Virus record (IMG/VR): IMGVR_UViG_3300028888_000005
Location: 1 to 64,000 of that record
Length of the DNA stretch: 64,000 nt
From: a virus
Lineage: Duplodnaviria > Caudoviricetes
Direction: 5' to 3' (one strand)
Both the position numbers and the translations under genes were made by a program. Each line of letters starts with the position of its first letter. Position 1 is the stretch's first letter. Shown here in pieces: positions 58,579 through 64,000 of the stretch. The notes under the pieces were generated by a model, which was not told the origin of the DNA, made no database searches, and saw nothing but the letters and a program-made list of their open reading frames with translations.

Positions 58579-58614
58579 GCAAAGATAACAATTATTTTAT
58601 AAATCACAAAAAAT

Positions 58615-59037
58615 ATGAAGGTAAAATTTGATTTTAGTCCTTGCTTGACCTTTCACGGTTGGGAGGACTACAACTACTACAATATCATTCCAAGACTAAC
58701 CCTGTTTACTGCACCAAGATTCCGCAGCAACTGGGACGAGACACTTATCGGCAAGCACTTCGATTTAACTATAGGGTGGTTGGTGTTTGAGGTTAGCGTC
58801 GGGATGGAATGTCTTTGGAAAGAACCTGCTGCTCCTAAGTTCAATGTTGGAGACCATATTTGCAACGAGGATTGCCATGATGCGGTTGTTGAAGCGGTAA
58901 ACTTTGACAAAGTGAGTGATGGTCATTGGTGTTACGAATGTATTGACCTTGATCCAAATAGTGAGGATTACAACAAGTATTTCTACATCAATGCCGAGAT
59001 TGAACATTTGTGGTACTTTAAAACCAGAAAGTTATGA
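58615..59037 (+). CDS. hypothetical protein
   Basis: ORF track. Confidence 0.6.
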   Translation: MKVKFDFSPCLTFHGWEDYNYYNIIPRLTLFTAPRFRSNWDETLIGKHFDLTIGWLVFEVSVGMECLWKEPAAPKFNVGDHICNEDCHDAVVEAVNFDKVSDGHWCYECIDLDPNSEDYNKYFYINAEIEHLWYFKTRKL

Positions 59038-59318
59038 TAGCAAGGATTAAAGCGACAGGTAAATTTATTGATGTAGTTCCTTATGGCGATGAGTATGTTT
59101 AGTTGTTCCCTGAAGGATCTTTTAAATTTTACACAAAAGATGAATTGGACTTTCGTGTGGACATTGATTGGCAGCACTACCGCATCCAAGCGGCTATTGA
59201 ATTTGCTGCGCAGATACTTGGAAATCACGGAGGCGCACCTACATCCGTTGCCAAAGATGCGGTTGATTATGCCGATGCTTTGGTGGCAGAACTTCAAAAG
59301 AAAGGAGAACAACAATGA
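59034..59318 (+). pseudogene. gene interrupted by in-frame TAG (59100-59102)
   Basis: MIARIKATGKFIDVVPYGDEYV*LFPEG...; ATGA overlap at the start. Confidence 0.65.
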
Positions 59319-59482
59319 AACCGAGTAAGGGAATAGTAGTCACATTCCTTAAAGGGAAGGACGGATTGTGGCATTCATATACAGCATACGCTGAGGATGT
59401 TGACTATGAAACAATGGTCAAATTCATGGATTGTATAGGCAATGCGGTTGATGTGCTTAACAAGAAAGGAGGAGAGAAATGA
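59315..59482 (+). CDS. 55-aa protein (not in ORF track)
   Basis: ATGA overlaps at both ends. Confidence 0.6.
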   Translation: MKPSKGIVVTFLKGKDGLWHSYTAYAEDVDYETMVKFMDCIGNAVDVLNKKGGEK

Positions 59483-60147
59483 ACTTCGGCGACGTGTTTA
59501 TGGCATTCTTCTTAGGGATGCCACTTGACAAAGAGGAATTTGATAAATTCTTCGACGAGTATTTTGTCAAGTACTTCCAAGATAATCCTAACGGCTATGA
59601 CGAGGCAATGAGGCTTATTGACGAGCAATTCCCAGCAGATTCAAAAGATATGATAAGAGAGAGAATGAATAAGATTTACGAACAATCAAAGAAAGGAGGA
59701 AAAATGATAGCAACTAACATCGAACAGTCAAAGCATCTGCTTGAACTTGGGTTAGACCCAAAGACAGCGGATATGTTTTGGAAGTATTCTGCATCATTAG
59801 GCAACACCGACATCAACGGAAAGATTGCCGTAAGTTACCACGATAATCTTTTTGTCGGTAAATATGATGGTGCTATCCCTGCTTGGTCACTCACCGCATT
59901 GCTTGGGGTGATGCCGAAAGTCATCGTACATGATATGGACAAACACGTCCTTTGCTTTAAATATGCGGAAGGTGTCGCACCATTCATGTACTATGTTGTA
60001 GAAAGTGGAAGAAACAAAGGTAAGTTGATTAGGTTTGACAATGGCAGATGTGTGCCCGATGCCTATGACGCTTTAGACGCAGCCTACACAATGGTGTGCT
60101 GGCTCCTTGAACAAGGACTGATTAAGAAAGGAGGCAACGATGAGTAA
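59479..60147 (+). CDS. hypothetical protein, probable fusion of two small genes
   Basis: Internal AAGAAAGGAGG followed by ATG at 59704 (MIATNIEQSK). Confidence 0.6.
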   Translation: MNFGDVFMAFFLGMPLDKEEFDKFFDEYFVKYFQDNPNGYDEAMRLIDEQFPADSKDMIRERMNKIYEQSKKGGKMIATNIEQSKHLLELGLDPKTADMFWKYSASLGNTDINGKIAVSYHDNLFVGKYDGAIPAWSLTALLGVMPKVIVHDMDKHVLCFKYAEGVAPFMYYVVESGRNKGKLIRFDNGRCVPDAYDALDAAYTMVCWLLEQGLIKKGGNDE

Positions 60148-60304
60148 GCCAATGGTTGTAATTCCTAAAGAGGAGTACGATAGATTGCTTGGCATTGAGC
60201 GTGGATTGATGGATTTGCTTGAGCGTCAACGGGCAGAATATACCCAGACTATACATTGCCAAATGGCACAACAGGCGATAAATATAGTAACACAACAGAT
60301 GTAA
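60140..60304 (+). CDS. 54-aa protein (not in ORF track)
   Basis: MSKPMVVIPKEEYDRLL... Confidence 0.55.
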   Translation: MSKPMVVIPKEEYDRLLGIERGLMDLLERQRAEYTQTIHCQMAQQAINIVTQQM

Positions 60305-60309
60305 TAATC

Positions 60310-60492
60310 ATGGATGAGATTGAAATTAAAATCACATTTTCAGACAACCTTTGTGGTTGCGAGATAACCAAGAGTGGAAAAACCGAACAATTTGAGAAAC
60401 TTAAGCGCAAAGAACAAATTCACGTTTGCAATGCTTTGGCGCAGTTCTACAAACTGTTTGTTCCGGTTATTAAGGAAGATGACAATGAGTGA
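60310..60492 (+). CDS. hypothetical protein
   Basis: Likely start MDEIEIK. Confidence 0.55.
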   Translation: MDEIEIKITFSDNLCGCEITKSGKTEQFEKLKRKEQIHVCNALAQFYKLFVPVIKEDDNE

Positions 60493-60748
60493 ACAAGAAA
60501 TAATAGACAACTGGCTTAATATGAGGCAACAACCAGTACAACTGGCTACACAAGACGCTTGCTGGCAGCACTACCACATTCAGGCTGCTATTGCTGCGAT
60601 GCAAGCAGAATTAAGCAATCCTAACAATACTTTTATGATGTGTGAAGATAAGCGGACTATCATTGTGTAGAGTGCTGTTGATTATGCAGATGCTTTGATT
60701 GAAGAACTTCAAAAGAAAACAGGACAAGATGACAACAGAAGAGATTAA
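60485..60748 (+). pseudogene. gene interrupted by in-frame TAG (60668-60670)
   Basis: WQHYHIQAAI...IIV*SAVDYADALIEELQKK; paralogous to 59034-59318. Confidence 0.7.
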
Positions 60749-60834
60749 ACAAGAAGCCGCTAAGCATTACCTGCCAGGATCAGCAAGTTACGTTGCATAC
60801 TGTCGTGGTGCTGAATGGGCATTTTCAAAGAAAG

Positions 60835-61200
60835 ATGAGAGTACCGAGTAACCTAATGGAGCTGGTCAATGATACAGTGACCAGGGTATGTGCAGCTACT
60901 GGTGTGTCAAAGTGCAGAATAATGTCCCGAGAACGAAGTGCGCCTGTGGCTACTGTAAGGTTCATGGTGTATTACATCCTATGCAAGCACCATAAGCTTT
61001 CCTGCTCACATGTCGGTAAGGCGTTAGGCAGAACACATGCCACAGTTATGCATGGCATTAAAGTGGCTGAATACTGGCTTAATCCTGGTATTAGAGACTG
61101 GGATAGTAAACTTAACGGAGAAAAGCTAACGCAGATAATAAACGAACTAAATTCAGAAAACGAAGAACTAAAACAACAAAACGATGCTGACAAACCTTGA
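60835..61200 (+). CDS. DnaA domain-IV-like HTH protein
   Basis: SRERSAPVATVRFMVYYI...VGKALGRTHATVMHG. Confidence 0.75.
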   Translation: MRVPSNLMELVNDTVTRVCAATGVSKCRIMSRERSAPVATVRFMVYYILCKHHKLSCSHVGKALGRTHATVMHGIKVAEYWLNPGIRDWDSKLNGEKLTQIINELNSENEELKQQNDADKP

Positions 61201-61384
61201 ACAGCAAACGCTAAGCCTAATTAAGGCTGCATGTAAACAGTACATCAGTGAGGAGGACAAATGGGAGCAGAGGCGATGGGAGCTGGCTACTCGCCTATAT
61301 GCTGATGTGTGGAACGGAAACGCTGAAGCCGCTATACAGGCTGCTGATGGTTTCATAGAACAATACAAAAAGACACTGAAATGA
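61184..61384 (+). CDS. hypothetical protein (WEQRR..LA family)
   Basis: Distant paralogue of the TAG-interrupted genes. Confidence 0.6.
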   Translation: MLTNLEQQTLSLIKAACKQYISEEDKWEQRRWELATRLYADVWNGNAEAAIQAADGFIEQYKKTLK

Positions 61385-61938
61385 AACAAGAAACTATTAT
61401 TCACCTATTTATAACGAACGCGTGCAGACATAATTGTCCGTTATGCTGCAATAAGCTGTATAATATCGATGAGATACCTGTGGTGACAGTTGAATTGCTC
61501 AAGAAGGCAACAACTGTATGTCTAACAGGCGGCGAGCCATTCAGTATTAATCCTATGATACTTGGCCCGTTTATCAGAAACTTACGCAACCAGTACAAAA
61601 ACATTGAGAACCTGTACATATACACAAGCGGGTATGATCTTATGATTGCTAAACTTATGTTACCAAGTCTTATAAAAGAAGGGTATATCGATGGTATTAA
61701 TGTAGCGCCTAAGGACAATGAGAACTGGAACTCATTCTACTCTGCGTTGCTTACACATCCTGATATCTTTCGTGGAAAGTCTAACAGGTTGTATGTGTTT
61801 GACGAACAACGCAGTAAGTTTGACAATCTAAGCATCTCATTTAAAGATGTGAACATTGAGGTCCTTGGCCGTAAATGGCAACAGACATTCAATACACCAG
61901 ACAATGAACATTTCGTAAGACTACCAATTCTATTTTGA
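61381..61938 (+). CDS. short radical SAM protein
   Basis: CRHNCPLC (CxxxCxxC), LTGGEP, YTSG. Confidence 0.85.
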   Translation: MKQETIIHLFITNACRHNCPLCCNKLYNIDEIPVVTVELLKKATTVCLTGGEPFSINPMILGPFIRNLRNQYKNIENLYIYTSGYDLMIAKLMLPSLIKEGYIDGINVAPKDNENWNSFYSALLTHPDIFRGKSNRLYVFDEQRSKFDNLSISFKDVNIEVLGRKWQQTFNTPDNEHFVRLPILF

Positions 61939-61940
61939 GC

Positions 61941-62141
61941 ATGGAACTATACAGATTAGTTATCATCTTCAGCAAGACCCACAATTATGAGGGCGTCTAT
62001 AACGATAAGAGTGCCGCCAGCAGGGCATTCAATGAGGCTATAGATCATCCTTTTGCCGTTGGTGCCAACCTCTATGAGTGTGAGTGGGTGAACAACAAGT
62101 TAGAGGACAAGAACCGTATTATAAACTGGATAAAGAAATGA
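61941..62141 (+). CDS. hypothetical protein
   Basis: Operon packing. Confidence 0.55.
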   Translation: MELYRLVIIFSKTHNYEGVYNDKSAASRAFNEAIDHPFAVGANLYECEWVNNKLEDKNRIINWIKK

Positions 62142-62362
62142 ACAAACTGAAGACGACATATAAGCTGCTGAGCCGCTTTGGATTTAGCAACCATAGTAAT
62201 ACGGTTCCTGGTGCAGTATGGTATATATGGCCGTCATTGTCAGTCCTATATATCCGTGACTTTAATAAAGAGGTATCCGTTTCATTATCATGGTTATGCT
62301 TTAGTGTGTATTTCAGAGTAACTAAATTAAGAATTTACGAACAAGATGTTTCAACCGAGTGA
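62138..62362 (+). CDS. hypothetical protein
   Basis: ATGA overlap. Confidence 0.5.
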   Translation: MNKLKTTYKLLSRFGFSNHSNTVPGAVWYIWPSLSVLYIRDFNKEVSVSLSWLCFSVYFRVTKLRIYEQDVSTE

Positions 62363-62534
62363 AGAAGTAAAAACAGCGTGTCGAGCATATATCGACAGCG
62401 TTAAAGGTGAGGCATGGTATAACCCTGACCTCGATGATATCATCCTAGACGCATTCTGGGAAGGTGCAATGTGGTACAAATACGTTTATCCTAATAATAA
62501 CAACAATGACAAGAGCAGCGAAAACAAAGATTAA
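62346..62534 (+). CDS. hypothetical protein
   Basis: DAFWEGAMW motif. Confidence 0.55.
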   Translation: MFQPSEEVKTACRAYIDSVKGEAWYNPDLDDIILDAFWEGAMWYKYVYPNNNNNDKSSENKD

Positions 62535-62763
62535 CTTACAGACATGCCAACACTGTGAGCATTACATGTGCGGATTCTATAAGTCCACACAACTCATCCC
62601 TGGCAATGTGTGCAACCTGCGCAAAAAGGAAATGAAGCATATGAAGAATATGTTTCCCAAGCGTGTGTATTACTACAAGGCAAAGCCAGATGGCTATTGC
62701 AATGAGTTCAAAGAATGGAAACAACCTACTATCAATGAAATCTATGGAGACAACAAAGACTGA
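62506..62763 (+). CDS. Cys-rich small protein
   Basis: CQHCEH...C...C. Confidence 0.55.
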   Translation: MTRAAKTKINLQTCQHCEHYMCGFYKSTQLIPGNVCNLRKKEMKHMKNMFPKRVYYYKAKPDGYCNEFKEWKQPTINEIYGDNKD

Positions 62764-63049
62764 TATTGGACTGAGGGAATCAGCTAAGCTGTTCTCAGAA
62801 GCTATGGCTGAACGCTACTTTAAGTACGCAAAGAAGGGCAGCAGTATGTTGCTGATTACAGGAGAAGACGGCGAACTGTCAAGCTGTATGCTTGGAAAAG
62901 GAGGAGATTTGATTAACGCAATAGCGTCATCAATGTCTGAAACTGAAGAAATCAACAGGATTGTGGGCACGGCATTCATGCTGGCTAACAATGAAAGTTT
63001 AGCGGAACTTTTAAAACAAGACAATGACAATGGAACAGGCGATGTATGA
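62744..63049 (+). CDS. hypothetical protein
   Basis: Likely start METTKTD. Confidence 0.55.
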   Translation: METTKTDIGLRESAKLFSEAMAERYFKYAKKGSSMLLITGEDGELSSCMLGKGGDLINAIASSMSETEEINRIVGTAFMLANNESLAELLKQDNDNGTGDV

Positions 63050-63317
63050 AACAACAATTACAGTTACAGCACTCCTTTGCTTAGCTGCTGTGTATATCTT
63101 CAGTTTAGTTGTTAAGCAAGGTATCAATAAGCGTAAGCTGGCTGAATGCAAGGAAACCATCAGGAAGCTGGAGTTCAGCCTTGACGAGGCTTCCAGAGTG
63201 CTAGAAGCACAGAACAATCAGATCAGTGTACTTAACAGGAAACTGAAGGAGAGTAGACTGATAACAACAATAGAGGACCTAAACAAAGCACAAGATGAGC
63301 AAAGAACCATACTATAA
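63024..63317 (+). CDS. TM plus coiled-coil protein
   Basis: N-terminal hydrophobic helix. Confidence 0.55.
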   Translation: MTMEQAMYETTITVTALLCLAAVYIFSLVVKQGINKRKLAECKETIRKLEFSLDEASRVLEAQNNQISVLNRKLKESRLITTIEDLNKAQDEQRTIL

Positions 63318-63819
63318 CAGCTACCAACGGGCTGACTACATCAAGCTACAGGCGTATAAGAACGTCATAAGTGAACTGCATAAGCAGCGTAACGTTTTTG
63401 TCAGGACAGGACTTACAGACGCAGCGCAGAGAGTCTGGGGTGAGATATCTATGGCACAGCAGGAACATGATGCACTGAAGCAGAAAATGGTCCATGACAG
63501 AGAAACAATGGCCGCAAGTCTGCTGGAAGTGATTCTGATTGCCAATCTTGCATACGCCAAAGCGATGGAGTTTAGCGAAGTGGTGAAGAAATGCACAGGC
63601 TCGTCGGAGGACGCTCTTGCTCTGGACGTACAGCGTATCTGTAAGATATGCGAAGAAGTGGCACTCAGCGTAGACACCGCAGGCAATGACAAGCAGAGCA
63701 ATGCGTTTAGCGATGTTATTGACGAGATAGAGGAGCAGTATAACAAACAGCTGACACCTATCGTTGACGAAGTGATGCAGAAGTTCAGAAAAACTAAGCG
63801 GTATCAGTCATTATTCTGA
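63295..63819 (+). CDS. helical hypothetical protein
   Basis: 174-aa ORF. Confidence 0.65.
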   Translation: MSKEPYYNSYQRADYIKLQAYKNVISELHKQRNVFVRTGLTDAAQRVWGEISMAQQEHDALKQKMVHDRETMAASLLEVILIANLAYAKAMEFSEVVKKCTGSSEDALALDVQRICKICEEVALSVDTAGNDKQSNAFSDVIDEIEEQYNKQLTPIVDEVMQKFRKTKRYQSLF

Positions 63820-63861
63820 CGAAGAAACTTGCATAGTTTACGAATGATTATTACCTTTGTG

Positions 63862-63992
63862 TGTTGTTTTTCATCATAACTATACTTTTTGCTATTGGTT
63901 TTTATAATGTAGTATGAGGATTAAGAGTTCATATTCATAGATAGAAGATGTGTTATTATACCCCACCGTCTGTGAAGATAGTGGGGTTTTTA
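63862..63992 (+). ncRNA. candidate sRNA C
   Basis: TACCTTTG box at 63852-63859, TTTTTCAT, GUGA-loop terminator at 63961-63991. Confidence 0.65.
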
Positions 63993-64000
63993 TTTTATAT

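Noticed and set aside
1-64000. Genome-wide stop-codon reassignment
   Set aside because: All long structural and replication genes are open in the standard code, and TGA and TAG both serve as stops.

Overview
The window is a 64-kb segment of a crAss-like (Crassvirales) Bacteroidales phage. Gene order and the family-A polymerase are most like the crAss001/Steigviridae group (recognised from motifs and synteny; no database search was run). The minus strand (1-37.3 kb) carries virion and packaging genes: ring and hub proteins, auxiliary and major capsid, enzyme-bearing fibres, lysis cassette, portal, TerL and GroES. The plus strand (38.2-63.8 kb) carries small early genes and replication genes: DnaB-like helicase, Sak-like annealase, primase, vWA/MoxR pair, exonuclease and PolA. 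The unusual content is concentrated at the strand switch. (1) A tyrosine integrase sits next to only the 3' 63 nt of a tRNA-Ser(GGA) plus a terminator, i.e. an attP, suggesting a temperate crAss-like phage. (2) A hammerhead-core ribozyme candidate has a pistol-like pseudoknot topology. (3) Small early genes are arranged as cassettes, each bounded by a terminator plus a CCRTCA motif. (4) Three related candidate sRNAs are complementary to ATGAAAA-type start regions. Elsewhere there are dockerin repeats in the putative tail hub and in a secreted cohesin-like protein, a type-I-TA-like antisense unit, and in-frame TAG codons in an AT-rich accessory block. All RNA structures were paired by eye.
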